Part shown: piece after piece, positions 1 through 13,800 of the stretch
How positions within the stretch are numbered: the first letter of the stretch is position 1
How the letters are laid out: every line of letters starts with the position of its first letter
From: Macrostomum hystrix
Lineage: Eukaryota; Animalia; Platyhelminthes
NCBI GenBank assembly: GCA_950097015.1
Contig: CATNEN010000035.1
Span: forward strand, 186,001 to 250,000
Length of the DNA stretch: 64,000 nucleotides
Direction: 5' to 3'
Notes under the pieces: model-generated
What the model was told of the DNA's origin: nothing
What the model saw: only the letters and a program-made list of their open reading frames with translations
Database searches by the model: none
Position numbers and translations under genes: made by a program

Positions 1-1434
1 CTTACCACTTTCGATGGATTGCTTACCACTTTCGATGGATTGCTTACCACTTTCGATGGATTGCTTACCACTTTCGATGGATTGCTTACAACTTTCGATG
101 GATTGCTTACCACTTTCGATGGATTGCTTACCACTTTCGATGGATTGCTTACAACTTTCGATGGATTGCTTACCACTTTCGATGGATTGCTTACCACTTT
201 CGATGGATTGCTTACCACTTTCGATGGATTGCTTACCACTTTCGATGGATTGCTTACCACTTTCGATGGATTGCTTACCACTTTCGATGGATTGCTTACA
301 ACTTTCGATGGATTGCTTACCACTTTCGATGGATTGCTTACCACTTTCGATGGATTGCTTACCACTTTCGATGGATTGCTTACAACTTTCGATGGATTGT
401 TTACAACTCTAGATTTATTGTTTACAACTCTCGATGGATTGTTTACAACTCTCGATGGATTGTTTACAACTCTCGATGGATTGTCTACAACTCTCGATGG
501 ATTGTTTACAACTCTGGATGGATTGCTTACAACTTTCGATAGATTGTCTACAACTCTCGATGGATTGTTTACAACTCTCGATGGATTGTTTACAACTCTA
601 GATTTATTGTTTACAACTCTCGATGGATTGTTTACAACTCTCGATGGATTGTTTACAACTCTCGATGGATTGTTTACAACTCTCGATGGATTGTTTACAA
701 CTCTCGATGGATTGTTTACAACTCTCGATGGATTGTTTACAACTCTCGATAGATTGTTTACAACTCTCGATGGATTGTTTACAACTCTCGATGGATTGTT
801 TACAACTCTCGATGGATTGTCTACAACTCTCGATGGATTGTTTACAACTCTCTATGGATTGTCTACAACTCTCGATGGATTGTTTACAACTCTCGATGGA
901 TTGTTTACAACTCTCGATGGATTGTTTACAACTCTCGATAGATTGTTTACAACTCTCGATAGATTGTTTACAACTCTCGATGGATTGTTTACAACTCTCG
1001 ATGGATTGTTTACAACTCTAGATTTATTGTTTACAACTCTCGATGGATTGTTTACAACTCTCGATGGATTGTTTACAACTCTCGATGGATTGTTTACAAC
1101 TCTCGATGAATTGTTTACAACTCTCGATTGATTGTTTACAACTCTCGATAGATTGTTTACAACTCTCGATGGATTGTTTACAACTCTCGATGGATTGTTT
1201 ACAGCTCTCGATAGATTGTTTACAACTCTCGATGGATTGTTTACAACTCTCGATAGATTGTTTACAACTCTCGATGGATTGTTTACAACTCTAGATTTGT
1301 TGTTTACAACTCTCGATAGATTGTTTACAACTCTCGATGGATTGTTTACAACTCTCGATGGATTGTTTACAACTCTCGATGGATTGTTTACAACTCTCGA
1401 TGGATTGTTTACAACTCTAGATTTGTTGTTTACA
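1..1434. repeat. 21-bp minisatellite, CTTACCACTTTCGATGGATTG changing to TTTACAACTCTCGATGGATTG
   Basis: Unit read directly from the sequence. The subtype switches near 400. It explains the TTFDGLL/TTLDGLF and MDCLPLS ORFs. Confidence 0.97.
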
Positions 1435-2629
1435 AGTCTTCTATATAATCTAGAGATTTCGATGGGCTTTTTTAAGTTGTTTGTGACTGAAGCATTTTTT
1501 GCCTTGGATTAATAATAACTTGTGAAGATCTTTGTGCTGTCTAGAATATGAATCGTAAACATATAAATCATGAACTATGTAATCTGATACAATCTCTAAT
1601 ACTCAGACAATGATTGTCAATGGTTCCTAACATATATTGTATTAATCTTATTTATTAACCCATTAAATATTGTGACGGAAAAAGCACACATTCGTTCAAT
1701 GGACAAAAACATGCTTTTTGTTTCAGAATTAACAAACGGTACCATGAAAAATGCAAAAATTGATCTTTTTAAGTGTAGCATTATAGTTAGTTAATCCTAG
1801 AGGACCGCTTGCTTAGATCGCCTTTCGACCCAAAGGTAAAAAAGTCATAGGAAACTAATTCATATTACAACTGGTAAACACGGCGTATAACAAAAAAAAC
1901 TAAATGCCAATTTCCTGTTCGCTATTATATATCTTATGTGAAGCTCCTGTCTATATAGGAGAATTTTAGATTCTCTACAGATCACTATGCAGTAATGTAC
2001 ACTTTTATCTGGGAGACTAAGGGGGGCAAACATGGTAGGTTTGTGTGTGTGTGAGTGTGTGCAGCCCAAAAGTTAAGTGGTTTGTAACTTAGCGGCTTTG
2101 GGGAGAAAGTGGATCGCAGAGTTTATAACTCCCCCCCTGTCTGGGTTTCTGGGTATAGGCGACAGGGTTCTCACTAAGTTCCGACTTCGCTGATCGTTGA
2201 TGACATTTTCTAGGAAATAGATTTCAGTTCTCCCATGGGGAGTTGCGGGAGGTCGTTCCCGGGTCACGAGCAAGAGTGATTGGGAAGATTTCTGCCGATC
2301 AGGAAGACTGTTTTGAAGGCTGAAAAATGTCTGCAGGAATAAACAACACGCAGTTGACTGCAGCAAGGGCTGTCTGATTAAAAATCAATAAATTTAATTT
2401 CGAACCGTCTGAACTCTGGTCTGAATCGAGTTTAGCGGTTGAGCTAAAAATAATTGAATGAGTTTTAGAAAAGTGCACCTTGTAGATGCTATCAGTGCCC
2501 GAGAACTTGCCCAGAACTAATTTGAAGTTGAGGCGCGAAAACTAGACCACTTTTTCTAGTTGCTATGCATCAGTTTATTCTCAAGCAAAGTTCTGCGTGT
2601 AGCAGGGCTTCTGGATTTGAGATTTGATA

Positions 2630-4220
2630 TTTGGGATTTCAGCAAGTTGGGATTTCAGCTAGTTGGGATTTCAGCTAGTTGGGATTTCAACTAGCAGGGA
2701 TTTCAGCTAGTAGGGATTTTAATCTAGTTGGGATTTCAGCAAGTTGGGATTTCAACTAGTTGGGATTTCAGTAAGTTGGGATTTCAGCTAGTTGGGATTT
2801 CAGCCAGTTGGGATTTCAGCTAGTTGGGATTTCAGCTAGTTGGGATTTCAGCCAGTTGGGATTTCAGCCAGTTTGGATTTCAGCTAGTTGGGATTTCAGC
2901 TATTTAGGATTTAAGCCAGTAGGGATTAAGGCAAGTTGGGATTTAAGCAAGTTGGGATTTCAGCAAGTTGGGATTTAAGCAAGTTGGGATTTAAGCAAGT
3001 TGGGATTTAAGCAAGTTGGGATTTCAGCTAGTTGGGATTTCAGCTAGTTAGGATTTAAGCCAGTTGGGATTTCAGCCAGTTTGGATTTCAGCTAGTTGGG
3101 GTTTTAGCAAGTTGGGATTTCAGCTAGTTGGGATTTTAGTTAGTTGGATTTCAGCAAGTTGGGATTTCAGCTAGTTGGGATTTCAGCTAGTTGGGATTTC
3201 AGCTAGTTGGGATTTCAGCTCGTTGAGATTTCAGCTAGTTGGGATTTTAAGCTAGTTGGGATTTAAGCTAGTTAGGTTTTCAGCTAGTTTGGATTTAAGC
3301 CAGTTGGAATTTCAGCTAGTTGGGATTTCAGCTAGTTGGGATTTCAGCTAGTTGGGATTTCAGCTAGTTGGGATTTAAGCCAGTTGGGATTTCAGCCAGT
3401 TTGGATTTCAGCTAGTTGGCATTTAAGCTAGTTGGGATTTCAGCTAGTTGGGATTTCAGCTAGTTGGGATTTCAGCTAGTTGGGATTTAAGCCAGTTGGG
3501 ATTTCAGCCAGTTGGAATTTCAGCTAGTTGGGATTTCAGCTAGTTGGGATTTCAGCTAGTTGGGATTTCAGCTAGTTGGGATTTCAGCTAGTTGGGATTT
3601 CAGCTAGTTGGGATTTCAGCTAGTTGGGATTTAAGCCAGTTGGGATTTCAGCCAGTTTGGATTTCAGCTAGTTGGCATTTAAGCTAGTTGGGATTTCAGC
3701 TAGTTGGGATTTCAGCTAGTTGGGATTTCAGCTAGTTGGGATTTAAGCCAGTTGGGATTTCAGCCAGTTGGGATTTCAGCTAGTTGGGATTTAAGCCAGT
3801 TGGGATTTCAGCCAGTTGGAATTTCAGCTAGTTGGGATTTCAGCTAGTTGGGATTTCAGCTAGTTGGGATTTCAGCTAGTTGGGATTTCAGCTAGTTGGG
3901 ATTTCAGCCAGTTGGAATTTCAGCTAGTTGGGATTTCAGCTAGTTGGGATTTCAGCTAGTTGGGATTTCAGCTAGTTGGGATTTCAGCTAGTTGGGATTT
4001 AAGCCAGTTGGGATTTCAGCCAGTTGGGATTTCGGCTAGTTGGGATTTCAGCTAGTTGGGATTTTAAGCTAGTTGGGATTTCAACAAGTTGGGATTTCAG
4101 ATAGTAGTGATTTTATGCTAGTAGGGATTTCAGCTAGTAGGGATTTAAGCTAGTAGGGATTTTAAGCTATTTGGTATTTCAGCTAGTAGGGATTTAAGCT
4201 AGTTGGGATTTCAGCTAGTT
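2630..4220. repeat. 16-bp minisatellite AGTTGGGATTTCAGCT
   Basis: About 100 tandem copies with scattered substitutions. Confidence 0.96.
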
Positions 4221-4728
4221 TGAAGTCCTGTTCGATAGGATTTTAGCTGTGTATAGTTTCAGATTGTTGAGAATTTAGATAATTGGGATACCTTACAGAT
4301 CAATCTGGCATTCTTACCAGGATCAGGGCGGTCAAAAATGAAGTGCTTTGAGCAGGCAGTTGCCGCGACAGTGAAGCCAATCTCTCAATTCTTGACGGCA
4401 GCAGTTTCAGTTGAGAATTTTTATCAGCAAGCAATTTCGTCTTGAGCCGGATCCTGGCCTTGTTGTCTAATCTAAATGCTGTGTCTAACTGTCCCTCAGC
4501 TCTAGGCTTCTATCATTGGTCAGCTCCGAAAAAATCGATAACCGCTTCAGCACTATAGAGGATCTGGGCGGTATTAGCGAATGAGGAAATATCGGGATAA
4601 TGTTCGCATAGTCTGCTAGATTGGGATATTTCACAACTGAAGTTTGCTTGCTGTTGCCAACATGGAATGAATCCATGGACTTAGTAGGGAAAGATTTGGA
4701 GGGAGGATTGAGAGGTGAAGACACATCT

Positions 4729-5510
4729 CTCACCTCTCTACTCTCTCACAGATCTGTACTCTCTCTCACACAGATCTCTACTCTCTCTCTCACACATCTT
4801 TACTCTCTCAGAAGTCTACTCTCTCTCACAGGTCTCTACTCTCTCTCACAGATCTCTACTCTCTCTCTCACAGGTCTCTACTCTCTCTCACAGGTCTCTA
4901 CTCTCTCTCTCACCCAGGTCTCTACTCTCTCTCTCTCACCCAGGTCTCTACTCTCTCTCTCACACCCAGGTCTCTACTCTCTCTCTCTCACCCAGGTCTC
5001 TACTCTCTCTCACAGGTCTCTACTCTCTCTCACAGGTCTCTACTCTCTCTCACAGTTCTCTACTCTCTCTCACAGTTCTCTACTCTCTATCTCTCACAGG
5101 TCTCTACTCTCTCTCACAGTTCTCTACTCTCTATCTCTCACAGTTCTCTACTCTCTATCTCTCACAGTTCTCTACTCTCTATCTCTCACAGTTCTCTACT
5201 CTCTATCTCTCACAGGTCTCTACTCTCTCTCACAGGTCTCTACTCTCTCTCTCTCAGGTTTCTACTCTCTCTCTCACAGGTCTCTACTCTCTCTCTCTCA
5301 GGTTTCTACTCTCTCTCTCACAGGTCTCTACTCTCTCTCACAGGTCTCTACTCTCTCTCACAGGTCTCTACTCTCTCTCACAGGTATCTACTCTCTATCT
5401 CTCACGGGTCTCTACTCTCTGACACAGGTCTCTACTCTCTCTCACATAGATCTCTACTCTCACCTCTCTACTCTCTCTCCCTCTCTCACATTTCCGCTAT
5501 CTCTCACATC
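4729..5510. repeat. CT-rich compound repeat, core CTCTCTCACAGGTCTCTACT with variable (CT)n
   Basis: Units of about 20-26 bp read directly. Source of the low-complexity S/L ORFs. Confidence 0.94.
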
Positions 5511-6135
5511 TCTATCCAACTTTTATATTTATATACATTCTGTCTGTCTCATAGCTCTATGCTCTCGGATTCCCATGGGATTACACAGACTAGTTATCCC
5601 ATTCTTCCGTGCAGCTGGTCCACTTCCCAGTGTCCGTCTCAAATGTCCACCTGTCTGACTTCTGACTGACAACTGGCCACTGGCACTCTCTGTCACATGA
5701 TAATCGTGTTTTTCTTGTTTTGATCAAAAAGAATAAACGAAAAAAAGCAAATCAATTCCCAGAAAATCACGCAATTGAAAGTAGACGAGTCATTATATTT
5801 CTGGGCTACGGAGGACTATTGGGCTCGGCAACTCCCTAATGATAATATTCGATTTCCCCATCCGCCTGTTATTTTATCCGCGTATTAACGAAAGCCTTGC
5901 AAAGCTTCTGTCCACCTCCGAGGTCAGGTTAATTACTTCAGCACTTCCGAAACTTTTCTTTCTGAACAAAACTATCCAATTTTTTGTCTGCAAAAACCCC
6001 TTAAAAAAGAATCTATGCCGAAACACAGTTTGCTACCTGACCAAGGAAATAAATTATTGCCCCTAGTCTACCCATGCCCCAAACAAGCTGACAGCAATCC
6101 GCCTTGGCTATCCGCTAGAAAAATAGATAAATAGC

Positions 6136-6374
<239 letters not shown>

Positions 6375-6854
6375 ATTTCCATTTCTTGCACCTTCTCAGC
6401 AACCAACCCAGCCTATTCAAGCAGATTCAGTCACAACAATGCAGAAATAGATGAGAAGAGACGGCCTGTTTTGAATTGAATGAAGGCTTTATTCTTTGGC
6501 ATTTTCTCTTTGACATTGTAGAAGCGACCTTGTGTATAAGCGGGCAAATGAATGAGATAGAAATGCTTAGAGGAAAACGGATCGGGATAAAGCATTTAGT
6601 TTAGTCGCGCATATGCCACGCATGCATTATTTTATCGAGGTCAGTCAAAATGAATAGTCCAATATAGCATACTGTGGTTAAGTAGTGCTCATTTACTTAG
6701 GTGACGTTGCAAGTGGCTGTTGCACTGGACACAACATGCTTTCACACTCAGGTGGGTCAGCGTTAATGGCTTCTTGGCATTCCTACCTTAAACTAACCTT
6801 TTACAATTGTCACCTTCCTGCGCATTTCAATGCACTTTTCACAGGTCACCTCCA

Positions 6855-8530
6855 ATCTTCCCAATCCTTCTCGAGTCTTCCCAATCCTTCTCGAGTCTTC
6901 CCAATCCTTCTCGAATCTTCCCAAACCTTCTCGAATCTTCCCAAACCTTCTCGAGTCTTCCCAATCCTTCTCGAGTCTTCCCAATCCTTCTCGAGTCTTC
7001 CCAATCCTTCTCGAGTCTTCCCAATCCTTCTCGAGTCTTCCCAATCCTTCTCGAGTCTTCCCAATCCTTCTCGAATCTTCCCAAACCTTCTCGAATCTTC
7101 CCAAACCTTCTCGAATCATCCCAATCTTTCTCGAGTCTTACCAATCTTTCTCGAGTCTTACCAATCTTTCTCGAGTCTTACCAATCCTTCTCCAATCCTT
7201 CTCCAATCTTCCCAATCCTTCTCGACTCTTCCCAATCCTTCTCCAATCTTCCCAATCCTTACTCACTCTTCCCAATCCTTCACCAATCTTCCCAATCCTT
7301 CACCAATCTTCCCAATCCTTCACCAATCTTCCCAATCCTTCTCCAATCTTCCCAATCCTTCTCCAATCTTCCCAATCCTTATCCAATCTTCCCAATCCTT
7401 CTCCAATCTTCCCAATCCTTCTCGACTCTTCCCAATCCTTCTCGACTCTCCCCATCCTTCTCCAATCTTCCCAATCCTTCTCGACTCTTCCCAATCCTTC
7501 TCGACTCTTCCCAATCCTTCTCGACTCTTCCCAATCCTTCTCGACTCTTCCCAATCCTTCTCGACTCTTCCCAATCCTTCTCGACTCTTCCCAATCCTTC
7601 TCGACTCTTCCCAATCCTTCTCGACTCTCCCCATCCTTCTCCAATCTTCCCAATCCTTCTCGACTCTTCCCATCCTTCTCCAATCTTCCCAATCCTTCTC
7701 GACTCTTCCCAATCCTTCTCGACTCTTCCCAATCCTTCTCGACTCTTCCCAATCCTTCTCGACTCTTCCCAATCCTTCTCGACTCTCCCCATCCTTCTCC
7801 AATCTTCCCAATCCTTCTCCAATCTTCCCAATCCTTCTCCAATCTTCCCAATCCTTCTCCACTCTTCTCCAATCCTTCTCCAATCTTCCCAATCCTTCTT
7901 CACTCTTCCCAATCCTTCTCCAATTTTCCCAATCCTTATCCAATCTTCCCAATCCTTATCCAATCTTCCCAATCCTTATCCAATCTTCCCAATCTTCTCA
8001 ATCCTTCTCCGATCCTTCTCCAATCCTCCTCCAATCTTCCCAATCCTTCTTCAATCATTCTCCAATCTTCCCAATCCTTTTTGAATCTTCCCAATCCTTC
8101 TCCAACCTTCCCAATCCTTCTCCAATCCTCCTCCAATCTTCCCAATCCTTCTTCAATCATTCTCCAATCTTCCCAATCCTTTTTGAATCTTCCCAATCCT
8201 TCTCCAACCTTCCCAATCCTTCTCCAATCCTCCTCCAATCTTCCCAATCCTTCTTCAATCATTCTCCAATCTTCCCAATCCTTCTCCAACCTTCCCAATC
8301 CTTCTCCAACCTTCCCAATCCTTCTTTAATAGTTCTACAATCTTCCCAATCATTCACCAATCATTCACCAATCATTCTCCAATCTTCCCAATCCTTCTCC
8401 AATCTTCCCAATCCTTCTCCAATCTTCCCAATCCTTCTCCAATCTTCCCAATTATTCTCCAATCTTCCCAATCCTTCTTCAATCATTCTCCAATCTTCCC
8501 AATCATTCTCCAATCATTCTCCAATCTTCC
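6855..8530. repeat. 20-bp pyrimidine-rich minisatellite TCTTCCCAATCCTTCTC(GAG/GAC/CAA)
   Basis: Tandem units with progressive variant switching. All overlapping ORFs on both strands are repeat translations. Confidence 0.96.
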
Positions 8531-8860
8531 CGATAGGAAACTGAAGAGAGATGCTGAATGAAATTTTCTGTTTCAGAAACGAATTTATCAGAAACGGTGT
8601 AATAATCCGCTTGACTTGTCTTAGAATAATGACAGTCTATTATAATTTTTTTCTCTACCACAAACCAGTGTCACCTGCATAGCAGTCGTGACTTAGCATG
8701 TCAATCATCTGGATGAATGGAAAGCTTCATTCTTGACTGCTCAGTGACACAGCCGACAATTGATCGCGACTGCTCATTTGTAAGACGGACTCAAAATTAT
8801 TTGCTGATTGAATTCTGCTCTCAGAAAACATTCTGAGCTGCCTAGCCTAAGATATGCGAA

Positions 8861-9741
8861 TCTAACATTGTCCACTCCCTTCACAGTCTAACATTGTCCA
8901 CTCCCTTCACAGTCTAACAATGTCCACTCCCTTCGCAGTCTAACAATGTCCACTCCCTTCACAGTCTAACATTGTCCACTCCCTTCACAGTCTAACAATG
9001 TCCACTCCCTTCACAGTCTAACAATGTCCACTCCCTTCACAGTCTAACAATGTCCACTCCCTTCACAGTCTAACAATGTCCACTCCCTTCGCAGTCTAAC
9101 AATGTCCACTCCCTTCACAGTCTAACAATGTCCACTCCCTTCACAGTCTAACACTGTCCACTCCCTTCACAGTCTAACACTGTCCAATCCCTTCACAGTC
9201 TAACAATGTCCACTCCCTTCACAGTCTAACAATGTCCACTCCCTTCGCAGTCTAACAATGTCCACTCGCTTCACAGTCTAACACTGTCCAATCCCTTCAC
9301 AGTCTAATAATGTCCACTCCCTTCACAGCCTAACAATGTCCACTCCCTTCACAGTCTAACAATGTCCACTCCCTTCACAGTCTAACACTGTCCACTCCCT
9401 TCACAGTCTAACAATGTCCACTCCCTTCACAGTCTAACACTGTCCAATCCCTTCACAGTCCAAAAATTTCCACTCCCTTCACAGTCTAACAATGTCCACT
9501 CCCTTCACAATCCAGCAATGTCCACTCCTTCGCAGTCTAACAATGTCCACTCCCTTCGCAGTCTAACACTGTCCACTCCCTTCACAATCCAGCAATGTCC
9601 ACTCCCTTCACAGCCTAACAATGTCCACTCCCTTCACAATCCAGCAATGTCCACTTCCCTTCACAATCCAGCAATTTCCACTCCCTTCACAATCCAGCAA
9701 TTTCCACTCCCTTCGCAGTCTAACACTGTCCACTCCCTTCC
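8861..9741. repeat. 26-bp minisatellite AGTCTAACAATGTCCACTCCCTTCAC
   Basis: Period of 26 (e.g. 8885 to 8911). Degenerates toward the 3' end. Confidence 0.96.
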
Positions 9742-10240
9742 CAACACAACAAATCTAATTTATCTACTCCATATCTTTTCGGAAACTGTTTGACAGTCTT
9801 GACTGACAACTGAATGTGAGTGTCTAGATGCAATCAAAGAAAATTTATGTTTTCATTGGCAAGACTAAACTCTCGGAATAATAACAGCTAGCTGAACATC
9901 TTTACTAAATTTATAAACAGTTTTTGCTGCGAAATAACAAGAACTGCTTACTTGAATACTTATAAGTAGCATGCAGAACGTTAAAGACTTAAAACTCTAT
10001 CCAAAGGAAAACTGAATGCACTTACAATACTTAAAAAATATGCAGTATGAGGCGATAAAGGTAAATGTACAATGACAGCCACCCCACTCCGCGGTGGATT
10101 TGGAATGTACGGCTTGAGCAAGCCAGCGACTGTCAATAGACTGTTTTAACATAAAAATATGTACTTTTACAATTATACTAGCAACACTGGTTTTTAAACA
10201 CAATTCGATAACGAATCCCAAAGACCCACTTCAAAATCGC

Positions 10241-10783
10241 ATGGATCCTATTCAAATTCCATAGATCCTATTCAAATTCCATAGATCCTATTCAAATCCC
10301 ATAGATTCTATTCAAATCCCATAGATCCTATTCAAATTTCATAGATCCGACTCAAATCCCATAGATCCGACTCAAATCCCATAGATCCTATTCAAATCTC
10401 ATAGATCCTATTCAAATCTCAAAGACCCGACTCAAATCCCATAGATCCTATTCAAATCTCATAGATCCGACTCAAATCCCATAGATCCTATTCAAATCTC
10501 ATAGATCCGACTCAAATCCCATAGATCCTATTCAAATCCCATAGATTCTATTCAAATCCCATAGATTCTATTCAAATCCCATAGATCCTATTCAAATTTC
10601 ATAGATCCGACTCAAATCCCATAGATCCGACTCAAATCCCATAGATCCTATTCAAATCCCATAGATTCTATTCAAATCCCATAGATTCTATTCAAATCCC
10701 ATAGATCCTATTCAAATCTCATAGATCCGACTCAAATCCCATAGATCCGACTCAAATCCCATAGATTCTATTCAAATCCCATA
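10241..10783. repeat. 20-bp minisatellite CATAGATCCTATTCAAATCC
   Basis: Tandem 20-mers read directly. Confidence 0.96.
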
Positions 10784-10899
10784 TTGTCGACATCCCATTA
10801 AAAATAAATTTAAAATCCCGAAGATAAAACTTCTTGATCCTCAAAGCACTTATAGATCTAAAAATCCTTTGCTATTTGCAGACGCATTTCCAAGACATC

Positions 10900-13800
10900 C
10901 TACGGCCGAGCGCACGCATCGGCTGAAGGCCTTCGCGGCGCAATTCTCCGCAGGACCACCGTCGCCAGACTGCGACCAGCGTCGGCCAGCGGCGCAGCCG
11001 CCTCCGCCTCCAGGTAGGCGATTCTCGGATCGCCTGACCTCGGCAGCTTCTTCTGGATCAGCAGCCTCCTACTGGCGTCCGTGCCGGCATCCCAGAGGCG
11101 CAGCGGTAGGACCACCTGCTCCGCCCAGCTGCAGTTGGACTGGCAGAGGTCCAGCAGGGGCGCCCCCACGCACCAGCCAGGCGACGGCACCGGCCTACTC
11201 AGGAATGTCACGAGGTGGTGGCTGGCGTTCACCGTCAGGATTGCTGACCGGGTCTGGTCACGAGTGCCTCCGCCGGCGGACAGTGGCAGATCTCTGTTAC
11301 ATTGTGAGTGAGTGAGTGAGTGAGTGAGTGAGCGAGTGAGTGAGTGAGTGAGTGAGTGAGTGAGCGAGTGAGTGAGTGAGTGAGTGAGTGAGTGAGTGAG
11401 TGAGTGAGTGAGTGAGTGAGTGAGTGAGTGAGTGAGCGAGTGAGTGAGTGAGCGAGTGAGTGAGCGAGTGAGTGAGTGAGTGAGTGAGTGAGTCAGTGAG
11501 TAAATCATAATTTTAATAATTGGGATAGTAAGTAAATAAGATCAATTAAATAAATTGAATCATTTATATTATAAAAAGTGATAGAATCAGGCATATTTCT
11601 TTATTCTACGTAGGCAGAAACAGTAAAAAATCATTTTAATTTATATTGCACTAATTAAATAGATTGGCTTGCTCTGTCTCATACAACAGCAGGGTAAAAG
11701 CCTCACCTGGCCTTGATAATTGTGAGCACACTTTTCAGTCCGAATTTCTTGATCTCGGCCTCCAGGAAGCTGGAGTTGCTCTGTTCGCACAGCAGTTTCA
11801 CGCCGGCACTCGATGGTACGCCAAATTCCCACAGGGCGTAGGTGTCATCGTGACTGGTGCCTGGCAGGGTTTTGCGGATTTGGGCCTGACATCAATCAAG
11901 CTCGAATACTGGTTAACATCGTACTCTCAGACTCTCGGAATAGGAGTCGGAATAGAAGCCGAATTCCCACAGCAGCTTCCTCATAGCAACCTGTTATCGC
12001 CACAGCAACATAACCATAGCAACCTGCCATCCTCATAGCAACATAACCATAGCAACCTGTTATCTCCACAGCAACATAACCATAGCAACCTGTTATCTCC
12101 ACAGCAACATAACCACAGCAACCTGTTATCTCCACAGCAACATAACCATAGCAACCTGCCATCCTCATAGCAACATAACCATAGCAACCTGTTATCTCCA
12201 CAGCAACATAACCATAGCAACCTGTTATCTCCACAGCAACATAACCACAGCAACCTGTTATCTCCACAGCAACATAACCATAGCAACCTGTTATCTCCAC
12301 AGCAACATAACCATAGCAACCTGTTATCTCCACAGCAACATAACCATAGCAACCTGTTATCTCCACAGCAACATAACCATAGCAACCTGTTATCTCCACA
12401 GCAACATAACCATAGCAACCTGTTATCTCCACAGCAACATAACCATAGCAACCTGCCATCCTCATAGCAACATAACCATAGCAACCTGTTGTCTCCACAG
12501 CAACATAACCATAGCAACCTGTTATCTCCACAGCAACATAACCATAGCAACCTGTTATCTCCACAGCAACATAACCACAGCAACCTGTTATCTCCACAGC
12601 AACATAACCACAGCAACCTGTTATCTCCACAGCAACATAACCATAGCAACCTGTTATCTCCACAGCAACATAACCACAGCAACCTGTTATCTCCACAGCA
12701 ACATAACCACAGCAACCTGTTATCTCCACAGCAACATAACCACAGCAACCTGTTATCTCCACAGCAACATAACCACAGCAACCTGTTATCTCCACAGCAA
12801 CATAACCACAGCAACCTGTTATCTCCACAGCAACATAACCATAGCAACCTGTTATCTCCACAGCAACATAACCATAGCAACCTGTTATCTCCACAGCAAC
12901 ATAACCACAGCAACCTGTTATCTCCACAGCAACATAACCATAGCAACCTGCCATCCCCACAGAAACCTCACCAAAGCTACCTGCCATCCCCAGAGCAACC
13001 TCACCATAGCAACCTGCCATCCCCACAGCAACCTCACCATAGCAACCTGCCATCCCCACAGCAACCTCACCATAGCAACCTGCCATCCCCACAGCAACCT
13101 CACCATAGCAACCTGCCATCCCCACTGCAATCTCATCCTTGTAGAAAACATACCATCCACAGAGCAACCTGCCATTGCCATGGCAACCTCATTATAGCAA
13201 CTTCCAGCCATCCTGTTGCAACACAACAGCAACCTCCATCCTGTACTAACCTCGCAAAGCTCATTGCAGCCTTCGACAGTCCAGAGCAACCAGTTTCCAC
13301 TTAAAAAATATTATTAAAGGCTTTAGCTTAGGCAGGTAAAAACTTGCTGGGGATTTTATTTACCTATAAGCAGGGTCAGCGGCCGGTTTGTTTCAACAAG
13401 TGCTACAGCTATTTACGAAGCTCTACCTAGCTAAAGCGGCACTGACAGGTCTTGCTGTGGGTCCCTTTGTGACAGCCTGTTTATGTAGACGCATGATTCT
13501 TTCCACCCGTCCAAACGAGCCCAAACAGAAATTATCCTTCAAGAAGCAGCAGGTAAATAGGCCATCTTAGTAGGGACTAGCCATAGACAACGCTGGTCGC
13601 CAAACTACAATTTTCCGGACGAGTATTGTAATATAGAATCGATTTTGCCTTCTAAAAGTTATTTTCTCTCTCTCTCTCTCTCTGAGTGTATTTGGATTTG
13701 AAGCAGAGTAGGATTTGTCAGTGTTAAACAATGGTCGCTTATACAGGACTCGGAGCAATACTTAATCCTAACTATGCTGCAAAGAAAAGAGAGAGGCAAG

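Noticed and set aside
19-1512. 370-aa heptad ORF (TTLDGLF)n as a coiled-coil or antifreeze-like protein
   Set aside because: It is the translation of a 21-bp satellite. Variants are mostly non-synonymous and include a stop at ~1129; no splice context.
4729-5510. Array of recursive splice sites (pyrimidine tract-CAG|GT)
   Set aside because: The donor GTCTCT is weak and no plus-strand gene is seen spanning the region.
5565-5632. Possible TSR exon for the spondin (WTFETDTGKWTSCTEEW)
   Set aside because: Lacks the WSxWSxC...CG pattern, ends in a stop after ~20 codons, and has no polypyrimidine tract.
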